This document shows, piece by piece, positions 12,243-25,600 of a stretch of 64,000 nucleotides of DNA. The translations under genes and the position numbers were made by a program. Source of the DNA: Takakia lepidozioides (Eukaryota > Plantae > Bryophyta); contig CM060732.1 in NCBI GenBank assembly GCA_030704615.1, forward strand, positions 77,376,001 to 77,440,000, written 5' to 3'. A model generated the notes under the pieces. That model saw only the letters and a list, made by a program, of their open reading frames with translations, did not search any database and was not told the DNA's origin. Every line of letters begins with the position of its first letter. Positions within the stretch are counted from its first letter, which is position 1.

Positions 12243-12787
12243 TCTCCTCTGAGCTCTTTGCTGAACAACTGGGACTCAACAATCACGTGAAGGATTATAT
12301 CCCCACGCTGGACTCTAATCCGTAACCAGATGGAGCGTTGAAGGAGACCCACGTGTCTGATCTATGGGAATTATGTAGGTGAGGAGAGCTGTGATCCAGC
12401 CACATATATATAAGCGAGATTGCTCCTGGAAAAGCGTCGAGATTCTTACTACTAGAAGCTCGGCAAGGAAGCAAGAGCTTTCTCTCGAACAAATCCAGAG
12501 CTGAGCTAATTTATGTACTGGTATGTAATCAGTTTCAGATCACATCAACTTCTCAATCTAGGGTTATTCATGTACAAAGATCGGACATCCATTAATTGCT
12601 TGACGGCCTACTGCCGGCTAAGTAATCTTGGTGCTAACGAGATGCTAACTTCACACAGAATTTTCGATGGGACTTAATTGGGAGCTACCAGAGTTACTTA
12701 GCGATAAGAATTTACATTATGCAAACTGCATGAAGCTGAAAATGTCATGTTGAAAAGCTGAACCTCCACGGGGTCTACTAAAGACTG

Positions 12788-13842
12788 AGTCAATACTCTC
12801 AGCATTGCTGCAGAAGGAGACCCCTTAACAAAATGTGTTGTGCACATACAACTCAGATTTCTAGTGCACCGTCACTACTGAAGCTGGCTTCGACTTTGCT
12901 AAAATTCATTCAGCAATGACACATCTCTGAACGAATTATTTTGTAAAATGCAATGCCTTGAGCAGAGGGTAGGTACAAGATACTCCCATGATTTTTAGAC
13001 CTGGAAGGTTTGTCGCACCCCGAGAATAAGGGATCAACAATCAGCCAACAGGGGAGGAAAGAGCACTGCACCTTCAAGCAGTTCCACTAAGTTACCATGC
13101 ATGATCTGGTCGACACCTGCTCTTAAAGTCGGAAATTAGAATTCTGTAGTTTGAGCCTCATGTGGAATGTCAAATCATGTTCCACTTAATTGGACACCTC
13201 AGATCCTAAGGTATTGATCAATTTCCTCGCTGAACAATCCTGGAAGGCTGGCCGTGGCTCCACATTACAGGCAAAAGTCCGAAAGTTCGACTCAGCATTC
13301 AAGCCGTACTTGACAATTCAAATTGCGCGGCTCTCTCAGGATCTCACAGCTACACTTAACTTGTATGGATCTCACATGATCATGGATCTCAGTTGCTAGG
13401 TACTGCCGCTTGTATGTTGGTTTTGATGCCATGTCATTCCAAGCGCTTCTTCTACAATCTACCTTTCATCTTATCGTTGATCGATCGATAAAGCCTAGAT
13501 GCGTACAGTAGGATGGCTGAGTTCATTCTTAATTCATGGAATCGAATCCAGGTCCCGTCCCCCTTACCTCTTGGAGGATTTTTTTTTTTTGTTTCGAAGT
13601 GAGGCTAATCCCAAGTTGGACGTATGGGAAACTTGGAACTTGGCTCAGAACAGATATCTATAATGAGATAACACAATTCAAGGCTCAAGCAAATGAAGCA
13701 GAGCTGCTACTTAGGAGTCAAGACTGGAGACTCTACGTGTACATGACATTCGAATCTGTTCACGAAGACGGCCCGAAGAAGATTCTTTCAGGTGCAAGGA
13801 CGATTTCGTAATGATTTCTCGTTACAGGTCAGGGATATGCTG
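12788..13842 (+). repeat. Dispersed duplicated segment with decayed exon-like pieces (direct copy at 20749-21881; inverted partial homologue at ~59670-59965)
   Basis: Long near-identical runs such as agtcaatactctcagcattgctgcag and gacattcgaatctgttcacgaagacggccc are visible in the copies. Confidence 0.85.
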
Positions 13843-14479
13843 TGAACAATATTTATCGACATCACGTGTACACCTCTCACCTTCCACCACCTGGAGAAGA
13901 GAAATTTGCATGATGACGTGCGACCTATTTCAATATTATCTAGGTAGAACGGGAGCTCTACGCTGGTCAGTTATTCAAATTAATTTGATCACTCGTTCAG
14001 GACCACTGATCCGAGTGGTTTGGCAGCTCTACACAGTGCCTGCAATTTTGTGGACTATATCACGACAATATGGGCTCAGTACCTGTGATATTGCAGCAAA
14101 AAGCTTATGTACAGGGGTCTCTAGGATCAAGACATCGGACTCTGCTCTCTAGTAGGATGAGCAGAATTGAAGTTCCCCTTCAAAATCTTCCCAGTTCCAT
14201 CTAATCAATCTTCAGCTATATAGAGTTAATTTCTTTCAGATGTATGTATGACTGATAGTGCAAGCCTTACCGAGTTCATATGAGCAGAGTTGAGCTATGT
14301 TTTATGGTTTTATCCTGTCCTTGAGCGGTTGCGGTATGTGTCTCAGGTGGTGGAGGCAGAGCCATTCACTAGTGATTTGATTCATTGCATTCCTGTACTG
14401 TTGTGCTGTGCATATTGTCCGTTGAACTCGGTCGATCGGTGTCTTGATCCCCATCTTTAGCATTGTCTTACTTAGTCGG

Positions 14480-15600
14480 GCTCTGTGTATTAGAGGCTGA
14501 GTCTTTCTTTCCCTTCTTCTCTTTCCCCCAACTCCGTGTTGCAAGAACGTGCAAGAGGAGGGGTTTTTTCGCCTCGGCATTAATATTGCAAGTTGTGGAT
14601 TCTCTCCCATCTACAGCTAGTTTCGAACAACTCTGTCAGCAGCTCCCTCTTCACAAAGACTCCTATGTCAAGATTGTCTTTAGGCATGTGCCCAGATGTT
14701 TGCATGTTGTATGCCCCCACAACACGCTAGCACAAAGTCGGCCTCAAATTTCCTGGCGAGTATAATTTTGCAAACACAGTTAGGGCTGCAGATGGAGCTA
14801 GGCTTATTTTGCACAACGGGCTTTTGGATTGTTTACAATCCTCTCTTGAACAGTTCCAGACTATTGCCTGCACTGCCTCTCCCCAATTCAAGACAATGTT
14901 TCCTGGACATGGACACGGTGAAGTTGATTGTGGACAGTTGCACCAAGACCTATAAGATTGTGATCATCGACAACGCGAAACTTTGCAGAACAGATCACAT
15001 CGAGTGTTGTCCAGACCGAGACTGGAAAGATGCGCGCCCACCTGAGTAGGTGCTTGGTACTCTGGAGGTACTCTGCAGGAAGTGTGAAATGTGGCCCTAC
15101 TCTCTTTGCTCTCTTTTATGGACGAGAGTATGACTGCATTTTGATGGCTTCTGACATTGGTACTGGTGTGTAGACTAAAGTTGCTATACAAATGCCTGAT
15201 TATGGCGGTAGTGGTTACATTGTAGCTCGTCCAAGGCTTCTAGCTGAGAGTGACGGGCGCCTATTGCAGCTAGTTGGGCTTCTTCAGTTGTCAACTCTTA
15301 GCAATATGGGAGTTCAAATTGCAAAGGTGAGAGAAAATTGATGGAAGTCTTGAAGAGGTGTCAGAAAGGAGCCAGGTCGGTGCTGCATTGAGGTTGGCAA
15401 TGCCAGGATCATGCGCTCATTTGTGATAGATGACAAATTGCATCCAAAAAATTCAGGAGATTCATGCTCAAGAAATTGCCTGCCACCCCTTTTACATTGC
15501 ACAAGCATGGTATGGAGGAGGAGCAAAAGTAATTACAATGAGGTGGGAGGCTGGCAATTGCTTTTGGGCTGATCAGCACGGCTCAGGGACGCCTCTTTCG
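14480..15600 (+). pseudogene. Possible decayed F-box-associated (kelch-like) gene
   Basis: Fragments FPQLRVARTCKR, WIVYNPLLNSSRLLPALP and TYKIVII resemble plant F-box proteins; many stops. Confidence 0.35.
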
Positions 15601-15749
15601 TGTCTTTTAATATAGATATTCATGTTCGTACACGTGCACTATACAGATCCCGAATCAAGTTGGTAATGATCAGGATGCTCTGAACCTCACTTCTGCTTGA
15701 AGATGGAAAATCATCATGGGTGAAATCGCTTTTCAGCTCTACAACTCAA

Positions 15750-16594
15750 ATCCAAAACAATCTGATCTTCTTCAACACGCCGCCATCTTCTCCCCTTACA
15801 AACATTTGTCTTGCATGGTCGAACCACTGTTTGTGGTCATGCCCATGATGATGGCCTCCCTCAGTGTTTTGTTGCTGGGCTTTGTGGTATTTATTCACCT
15901 CGTGAAGCTCATGGAGAACGGTACTTACCGCTATATCCTCCAAGCCGGCCAATAGCAGCAGCCTCTGCAACCTCGCCTGAAAATGGTGTCTGTGAGCGCT
16001 GGATCCATCTTCTCCTCATGATGTTCATACCGTTCGTGGGTAACAATCCACACACCGTACATAATTCTGTTAGTAGCTCGCAAGGATTTTCTTGGCCACA
16101 ACGAAAGACTAGTCTAGCTGGTTACTGACATGTTTGCTCATGAAAGTGATACTCAAATCATGATTCTAGGCAACATAGTTTCCATTCATGCTCACAAGTC
16201 TACGTAATCCAGAATTGATCAACCTTCAGTACCAACTCAGCATCAGAACTCTGCAGGAACAGTTTAATGGTCTGTGCAAAACTGAAGGAATGAGAGATCT
16301 GACCAGCGCGAAGGCTCCGGCAGCTGCTACTCCCGTCCCAACCATGTGTTCTTGCTTCTTGTGCTTCTGCTCCTCTTCGTAAAGGGCGGCAGGGTGAGAT
16401 CTCATTGGCCCCATAAGCACCATAGCCATTGGAAGATTGACCTCCGTCTGGTTATAGCCAAAGGAAAACTCTTGGCCATAGCCATAAGCAAGCGGAGCAG
16501 TTCCATAGCCGTAAGCACCCGATTCAGGAGGAGGAACTCCATTGACGTAACCGGGTATTTCTTCGTATCGTCCTTGGAGGTACCGGTGCGACAT
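15750..16594 (-). pseudogene. ABA/WDS-induced (ASR-like) protein, two exons, degenerate
   Basis: Exon 1 (16594-16304) ends EEEQKHKKQEHMVGTGVAAAGAFAL|GT. Exon 2 from ~16029 reads YEHHEEKMDP...AHRHH...LHELHE...GGHHHGH with frameshifts; the acceptor reads CGG instead of CAG. Confidence 0.75.
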
Positions 16595-18739
16595 TTCGCT
16601 CGGCCTGGTCCCAACAAGCTCGCTGCTTTCTTACGGCACGCCCAGAGCACGCCCAAAACCTCTTCTCTTAGAATCCCTTCACTTCTCAAGATTGCAAGCT
16701 CTCAAATGCTTCAACTTCAGTGTAGAAAGGAGATTGCTTCTCAGTGGAAGGAAGTCACACAAATATATATACGTGATGATGGAACTGTGTCAAAGGGGTT
16801 GAGGAGGGGAGAAAGAAGGAGAGACACGTACGGGCCATCATGTTTGGCGAATGGCTCATCATACTGAACAGCAAGCCAGAAGCCCGCAAGGCAGAGTCTG
16901 AGCTAATCCCACAAACGTACCATCCTACTACCCTGCGACCTACTTGTTAGTCATTCCCTTTTCAGACATCTGATGAAACTTTTGCTAATTCAGGAATACT
17001 TGACACTTTTCAGAGACTTTTTCTAAACAAGGAAAACTTTCGGGTTGGTATAGACCTACAAGATGCACTCTGGAGTTCTAAACATTAAGCTTGTCTCTAG
17101 TTTTCGCGTACTCTCAGTGAGGGAGGCCCCGTTCTCGACTTCAAGCACCAAAGACAAGTAGGCTGTTCGATTGCAGGCACCTTCCGGCGGAAGATTACGG
17201 ACGTACAGAGGGAGAGTGTATAGAACGTAATATGCCTTCCCCAGTGCTGAAATCAGTGGTTCCAGTGTCCACCGTGAAAGCAAGGAAGGCGAGACGGATG
17301 AAGAGTCTAGTTGAGATTCCCATATTGAAGAAGCCGGCTACGATGGTAACGATGAGATCCAAGGAGCCGGCACTTAAGCGAAAAACGAGAGAAGAAGCAA
17401 AAAGATCCAAAGCAGTGGGAACCATAGTGCTCAATGACGGATCAAGTGAAGTGGAAGAGATGTATTCCCGCAAAAAGCAAAAACTTGGGAGCGGAAAGGG
17501 GAAAACCAAAGTTGAGGAGCGTGGTAAGACAATCTACGATCCAGAAATGGTCTTTTACGATTGGAGAGATGGAGTTGGATGCTCAAATAATGTTACAGAG
17601 AGGAGCTCCATAAGTGTGTACAAGCATGCAGATTTCGACAACTCAAGATTCATGGAGTATATCGTTCCAAGTAGTTGAGGCAAGTGGTCTGGAATTTCAC
17701 TAAGGAATTCTTAGTGTGAGGTGTTTAGTCTCTCTGCTGAGAAAGAGAAGAAGATCATAGATCATAACTAGCGTACAGTACCACATACACGGATTCTGAA
17801 GCTTGAGACTCAAGCTTTAAGAACTCGTTGCATACATTGACCTGATTCATTCTAGGATCATTCTTGACTGCTGGTGATCACAAAGCAGCTGACCCTATTT
17901 AAATTTGTAAATATGTTTACCAATCTATGTTACAGTCTCAGTGTTAGTTCTTCATAACAGATAGTAAATTTTTGGTAGAAGGCGTGCATATTGCACTCCT
18001 GTGTACATCAAAGTAAAACAGATCAAAGGGCTGAGTTCTGAGGAATTTGTTTCCAAAACCCCCTACAATTTCCCATGTTATGAGATTTTTGGTGCGCAAC
18101 TGTAATTCACAACAATTGTTTGTTTACACTTCATTGCTGCAGAATTTTGACATGCTTTGTTTATCCATTTCTCAATTCACAACTGATTGGAGTTTACACT
18201 TTACTTCACTACTGCAGAATTTTGACATGCGATGTTCATCCGTTTCTTTTCTTGACCCAAAACCTTGGCCTGTAACTCGGACTGCCAAAACCGCCCTAGT
18301 GTTTGGGGCCATAAAGAAGAGTTGGCTCCAATTCAATCTTTTGTAGGAACCAATTGCTCCTCACATGAAAGATCTACACTTTCTTACCTGATGAATCGCA
18401 GGTGCACATGGCAACCTGCAACGACATCAGCACCCTACACCTGCAAGATGGAAGAAAGAATTAACCCAGCTGGCCATAGCTCAACAGCATGTCTCTCCTG
18501 GTAGCCAGAAGGTGGAAGATAAGAATGTCAAATGCTCATCAAAAGGTTGTTGCTATTATTTCCTAATATGCATGTCCTAAATCAATGTGCATCACGTCAC
18601 ACAACAGAGGATATTCACACTGACAAGGTAGAGGCTGCAACAAGATCACCTCTTGCAAAGTCCAGGACAGTTCAGCGAGTCGTTTCTCCTTGTACTTTCT
18701 AAACGTGTCTGGAGAAAGGAACAACGAAGTCAGTCACAT

Positions 18740-20212
18740 TTATTGAAACTCTGAGAGTTCATATTCGATATCTGTGAAAATGTCAGTACGAAGGAAGCCA
18801 TGGTCTCTTCCACTATGTTCTCGCAATCGAATGTTGCTAAAAACATATACAAGATCAGCTGCTTTAGAAGAAGTCAAACGAATGCGCTTTTTAGAATGAA
18901 TGTACTCAAATGTACTCCAGTTTCTTTCACATAAAGATGCTGAAGTAATTCGAGCAAGAACTCTAATAGCAATCTTCTGAAGCTCTGGAGTTTCAGCCCC
19001 ATAAGACTCCCACCAAATATGACCTGCAACTTCTTTGGCCACCAATGATGCAACAGAATCACAAAACAATCCTTCCATGTTACGAAATGTAGATAGTTGC
19101 TTCTCCACTAGAACTTGACTTTGAACATCAGGATAGAATTTGTCCCGGATTATACGAAACCCTTTCATAACCTCCTTGTCTCCCACTTGACCCTTTCCTC
19201 TCCACTCGGGGTCTAAAACAAATCCGGCACAATGCAGTGGACTCTGGATCCCGAAAAAGAGCTTGACTACGGTGATGATTTGTGATAAACTTCACCACAA
19301 ACTTTCCTTCTTTGACAAATGAAGAAACCCACTCTAAGTTGTCAATGTCCTCGAGACACAAATCAAGGCAATGTGCAGTACATCCTGAAAATGTAACGTG
19401 AGGGTACTTCTCTTTTATGAGTCTCCCGGCTCTCTTGCAGACAGCTGCATTGTCTGTGACAACCTGAACAACATTTTGAGACCCCTCCATGACATCTACC
19501 AATTGCTGTGAGATGTATTCACTTGTTTTTTCTTGTCCACTCGTATCAATAGCCTTCTTGAAAAACTCTCATTTGGATGATACACACAGTGCATTAAGTA
19601 GAGGTCTATTGGTGGTATTAGACCATCCATCACAAGTCAATGTGCATCCGGTTTTGTTCCAAGACTCTATGATGGACTGTAAATCTTTGTTCAACTCTTT
19701 TTTGATATCCTGCAACAAAGTGGTGCGCAACTGCTCTGAACCAGGTGCTTTATAACCTGCCCCATAGTTCGAAATGGCTGATATCATATTCTGAAAATAT
19801 GGGGTCCTTGCATAGTTGAAAGGAACCCCACATGAGTAATAGAAACGTGCAACAGATGCAGCCAATGTAGGTTGTGAAGCACTCAATGATTTCTTACTTG
19901 ACAGGGAGGCTCTCTCCTATGCTTTTCTCTTGGTAGTTGCTCTCTCTAGGTTCATTTTGTCCACAACTACCCTCACAGGTGCTAAAATCTCCTCACTGAC
20001 ACTGGTGCACACCTCAATGTTCCCTCCTCCAAAATAATGCTCTCTAACACGACCAACAGACCCTGTCTTGAATTCGTTTCCACAATGTTTGCACTTGACT
20101 TCCCAGCGTTTTCCATGCTAGACTGGAGCATTGATACAGTCAACCAATGACCATTCAAGTGCAGGGCTTGGAGGAAATTTTGGTGCTCTCTTCCTAAAAG
20201 AGGATGCAACAT
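18740..20212 (-). mobile_element. hAT transposase remnant (BED finger, DUF659, hAT dimerisation domain), frameshifted and internally deleted
   Basis: VKCKHC...EHY; LTCDGWS; VVTDNAA, CTAHCLDL; WWESYG...LCERNWSTFEYIHSKKR. Confidence 0.9.
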
Positions 20213-20748
20213 TGCTATCCGAACTAGTGCAGGTGTTTAGAGAAGACATGCTTTCCTGACAAGTGGGACTGAGCTGAATGTTGCTTGCTGCCACCCAATA
20301 ATGATTCCACGCCACTCAACAGCTACCTCGCTTGTGTTTTTCCTCACCCACCAGCATGAATCTGCCTCCCGCAACGCTCTCTCTCTCGTCGCAGGCTGAG
20401 TAGTTGTTTGATTTCGAAAGAATCTGCTCTAGCAGGGTTCTAGGGTTTGTAGCCCGATTTGTCATCCATTCAAATTTTGGATGAAAAACGTATCATCCAC
20501 CCCTAAACGTTTTCCTTACGTTTCTTTTTTCTTACACCAGGAACGTCAGAAACGACGATATCCTAAGTCATTTAGAGCGTTCACGGTGACTGGGCTTGAT
20601 AGGAAGGTTAGTCTCTTCGGTTGGTAGATAGAGCAATTAATGCATTCAATTATGCCTCTCTCTTTGATTAGATAAATAGTGCTCTCTCCTTCTCATTCTT
20701 CATTCTAGCCATACTGTCCTCAAGCTGTAGTTTCACAGCCAGTTCTTC

Positions 20749-21881
20749 AGTCAATACTCTCAGCATTGCTGCAGGAGGAGACCTCTTAACAAAATGTGTT
20801 GTGCACATACAACTCAGATTTCTAGCGCACCGTCACTACTGAAGAGCCTGGCTTCGACTTTGCTAAAATTCATTCAGCAATGACACAGCTCTGAACGAAT
20901 TATTACGTAAAATGCAGAGAAAATGCAATGCCTTGAGCAGAGGGTAGGTACAAGATACTCCCATGATTTTCAGACCAAAGTTTGTCGCACCCCGAGACTA
21001 AGGGATCAACAATCAGCCAACAGGGGAGGAAAGAGCAATTGCATCTTTTGTTCTATTGTTTTATACTTTTCTTTATTATTGCCACGCCATGTTGCCTTTC
21101 GACCCAACTTCAGAGGATATGACTGCAGAGGATATGCGGGCAGAATATCACATATCTGCTCACTATAGGTGGCCCAACCAGAACACATTTAGGGCAGCAT
21201 TGGGGGCTGGCGTACACAAGCATCTGCTCAAGCAGTTCCACTACCTGCATGCATGATCTGGTCGACCGTCGACACCTGCTCTTGAAGTCCAGGGAAAGAA
21301 TTCTGTAGTTTGATTCTGATGTGGAATGCCAAATGTTACACTTAAATAGGTCCTAAGGTACTGATCAATTTCCTCGCTGAACAATTCTGGACTTCTGTGA
21401 GGATTAACAGGCTGGGGGCTCTACGTTCCAGGCAAAACCAGTCCGCAAGTTCGACTCAGCATATATGTTGGTTTTGATGCCATGTCATTGGCGCTTCTTC
21501 TACAATCTACGTTTCATCTTATCGTGATCGATCGATAAATCCTAGATGCGTACAGTAGGATGGCTGAGTTCATTCTTAATCCATGGAATCGAATCCAGGT
21601 CCCGTCCCCCTTATCTCTTGGAGGGATTTTTTTTTGTTTGGAAGTGAGGCTAATCCCAAGTTGGACGTAAGGGAAACTTAGAACTTGGCTCAGAACAGAT
21701 ATCTATATAATGAGATAACACAAGTCAAGTAAATGAAGCAGAGCTGCTACTTGAGAGTCAAGACTGAGAGAATCTACGTACATGACATTCGAATCTGTTC
21801 ACGAAGACGGCCCTAAGAAGATTCTTTCAGGTGCAAGGACGATTTCGTAATGATTTCTCGTTGGAAGTCAGAGATATGCTG
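20749..21881 (+). repeat. Direct copy of 12788-13842, carrying an extra block of roughly 170 bp near 21040-21225
   Basis: Alignment by eye. Confidence 0.85.
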
Positions 21882-22624
21882 GTGGATGCGGAGGAGGGAC
21901 CGCTGAGCACATCCAAACCAGCTCATAGCACGAAGGAGAGGTGATCGCTCAATGCACACCGGGAGAGGGACTTATAAGAAACGTCCAAGTCCCAGACTCT
22001 CTCACCCATAAATGCGAAGCTCCATTGTCTCAATCATACCATTCACTAATAAATTGTGAGGCTTCCATCCGACCCCTAGGCTCTTCGCAAAAAACAAAAA
22101 ACAAAAAAAAAAACAAATTGCTTTTAATTCTATGCCGCACTGAAAAGGTTTTAACGTTTTAACTTAGAAAACTACGTAGTAACTTAAGTTTCCATGCAGC
22201 CTCTGTGCCATTTGTGTGTACCGTATCTGATTCCTCTGAGTAATGCACGGCCGTTGCGCTACTGTGACAAGTTGGTGAAGCCTCATGCACACTTGATCCG
22301 TTTGAGAAAGGAAAGGACTCTGGATAGTTTGCAGTACAGCTCCACGGAGCTCCACCAAGTTCAGTAGATTGACCTCCCATCTGTGGGGAAAGGTTCCGTT
22401 TCTGCGTTTTGAACAGCTGTTTGGATTAGCATTGCTGCTTGTTTGCTTACTGCGCTATTCATATCCTTCAATTTCTGCTCCCTTCTGTGCCTCTTCTGTG
22501 ACTGTTTCTTTCTTGATGGGTTAGGCCGTCATGGTGGTTGTATAGTGAGCAGCTTGCGCTCGCTTCTTGCAGTGTGTTATAACTAGCCTTATGGTTAATA
22601 GGAGGTTTTAGTTTTCACCTAGTT

Positions 22625-25600
22625 TTAGTTTAATCTCAAATAAAGTCTCAGAGGGCAGCATAGACCTCCTTTTTCCAAAATAAAAGCACAACAGGGCCGT
22701 GGCCCGGTGGTAAGAGCTAGTACACCATGTGCATTGGGTCCCTGTAAGCTGTCTCTCCCTGCCTTGGGGCTGGCTCGGGGCTGGGGCTCTGCCTGTTTGC
22801 CTTCATGGCCACGTACGTAAGGATTATTTTCCCCCTCAAGGCCCAGTTGATTGGGATGGTGTTTCCTTGGAAACAAAAACAAAAAACAGAAACGAAAACA
22901 AAATCAAAGAGAAGAGAAATGAAATGAAATGGTGCTTTATAACGTCCGCGGAAAGCTCCTAGAGCTTATGGGATAAAATGGAAGAAAACATGAGAGAGGA
23001 ACAAATCCAGAAACCACAATTAATGTTCTAGCGATTGTCTAAGGGTGAAGGCCTCGTGTAGGTAGGCTGCCAAGCATTTTTGATCCTCATAGTGAAAGAC
23101 ATCAGTGAGAGTTTGGGTTCCACTGAATAAACAGTGGAATCTCCCACGGATCTCGTAGTATAGAGGGCAGTAGAAGAAGAAGTGTTCTTCAGTTTCAATT
23201 TCCTTGTTGCGCCCTATGCAAGCTGGACATAGGCGGTCCTCCCGTTGCAGGTTTTCCCATCTGCCGGTCTCTATCCGTAGGTTGTGGGAACCCACCCTGA
23301 ACCGCCCCAATGCCCTCAAGAGGGAAGGAGATAAGGGTGCTGAAAGGTAATTTGGTCTCAAGATTCTATCATCGCGATAGAAGTGGAGCTTTGTTGTGAG
23401 ATTGGGTAGCATCCAAGTTCTCTTGACATGTAATTCCATAAGCTCTCTGCGAATGAGTCTGTTGCGGTCATGTCTGGATGTGATGTCCACCTCATCTGGG
23501 TTCATTGGTAATAGGAAAGCAGTAGAAAGTCCGTTACGTTGAAATAAACTGTCCACTACCAGGAGTTCCTGAAACCTGCAGCTTTGAGCCTCATAGATGT
23601 TGTTAGGGCCCTGGCCACTAGCCCTTTGGGTGGAAGGGCCTGCAATCTATGGAGAAAGATTGTAAGCCTGAAGAGGGCCTCGGATTGCAATGGTACACAT
23701 GCGAACTCTGCACCTAGGATCTGAGATAGAGTTGTGCTCCTGGCGCCAAGCATTGCTTGGAGAAAAGATGACTGTAATGGTTCCAAATTCTTTTCCCACC
23801 AGGAGACAGGGACACCAGGTGCCCAGAACTCACAACCATAGATGGTAGCAGGGCTGACGACGGTGTCAAACAGCCACTTTTTGGTCGGGGGATGCCGCAG
23901 ATGTATTTGCTTGCATTTGGCCTGAAGGCGGACGGAGGCCGCCTTACCTTTAGTCAATCTGTCCAAGGCTGTGGCTGCAAAGTGAAAACTTGGGGGAGTG
24001 GATAACCAGACCTAGGTACCGGTATGATTTCACAATCTCAATTTCCTGCTGGTTGAAGATGAATCTACGATCAGCCTGGCCATTGAAGACCATGATCTTG
24101 GTCTTGCTAAGATTGACTTGCATCCCATGATCTTTGCAGAACTGTTCCAAAATTTTGAGATGGCGTTGCAGAAAGACCGGGGATTGTGCCAAAAGGGCAA
24201 CATCATCAGCGTAGAGGAGATCTGATTGGGTTGGTCCCCCATCCAATGGGACCCCAACCCCAAGGTTTTTTTATATGTAATTCTCCAAGGCGTCAATGTA
24301 GATCCCGAACAGGGTAGGTGAAAGGGGGCAGCCCTGTTTGACTCCAATGTTGCTGTGGATCTCGGCTGAGAATTCACTAGCGACGTTGACCATGCCAGTG
24401 ACAATCTCATACATAGAAGAGATGGCACAAAGGATGCCTGGAGGGACTTCCACTCTATGGAGCCGTTGGAAGAGAAGGTCCCGAGGAACTGAATCAAAGG
24501 CTTTGTGAAAGTCCACGAAGCAAACATAGACCATTCTTTTGTCATAGCGTGCACTTTCCACCATAACCTGGAGAGTGAAGATGTCGTCAATAGTGGATCG
24601 GTTTCGACGGAAACCAGCCTGTCCCTCAGCACGAATGCGAGAGTACTCAGCCCAATCATCCAGTTCCATGGCCACTACTGCCCCAAACAGTTTAGCAAGT
24701 AATGAGGACACCATGATAGTACGATAGTTTGTCGGTGCGAGCCTATCACCGCTCTTAAAAAGTGGGTGGATGATGCTCTTTGTCCACTCTGTTGGAAAGC
24801 CCCGTTGCACCACCTCATTGAAGAGGTTAGCTATAAAAGGGGCTAAAGTAGGTGCAGCATGCTTGATGAATTCACTCTGAAGTCCTGAAATGTCCACCGC
24901 TCTGCCATTTTGCAGCTTCTTGATTGCCTTACTGACATTGGCTATAGTAAAGAGAGAGAAGTGAAGGGGTTTAGAGGTTATAGGAGAAGGAGTTTGGGTT
25001 GGGGAATGGTACAAAGACTGTGCATACTCATGCCAGACATGAATGTCAGTGATTGGGGGGGGGATCTCTATGAGGTTTAAGGAGGGACAAAAAAGAACGA
25101 GGAGAAAATCTGATTTTAGCAAGGAAAGAAGATTGCAACTTGATAGTGTAGGCTTGCTTTTTGGATCTAATGAGGGACTTATAGTGCTTAAGAGCAAGAT
25201 TAGTGGACTCTAATTGGTATCAAGTAGTAAAAATTTGATGCGACATCTAGCAGTCTTGCATTCCTCATCATAAAATGGTGCGTAACGACGAGTGGAGAAG
25301 GGTGAGGAGGTAGATGGAAGGGTGACGGGAAAGGATCGCAGGGCTAAGTCCCAAAGGGCTTGAGTAAGATGTGTAGCCTTGTCGTTAGGAGATGATAGAT
25401 GTAGAATGGAAGGGAGGGTTGACGCTAGGTATGTTTCATACTCGGCGTCGTGTAAGTGAGAGAAAGGGGTATTAAAGTGGATACGTGGGTGTAAGGGAAG
25501 AGACGCAGAGGGGATCCTCACGGGGAGGGAGATGGAAGGAAATGCAAAGGAAAGGGGAGAGTGATCAGAATCCGGGTACCTCGTGATGTAAAAGGAGCTT

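Noticed and set aside
17232-17678. 148-aa lysine-rich ORF
   Set aside because: No motif or gene structure I can support.
22690-22760. A-box-like TGGCCCGGTGG suggesting a tRNA or SINE
   Set aside because: No convincing B box or cloverleaf.
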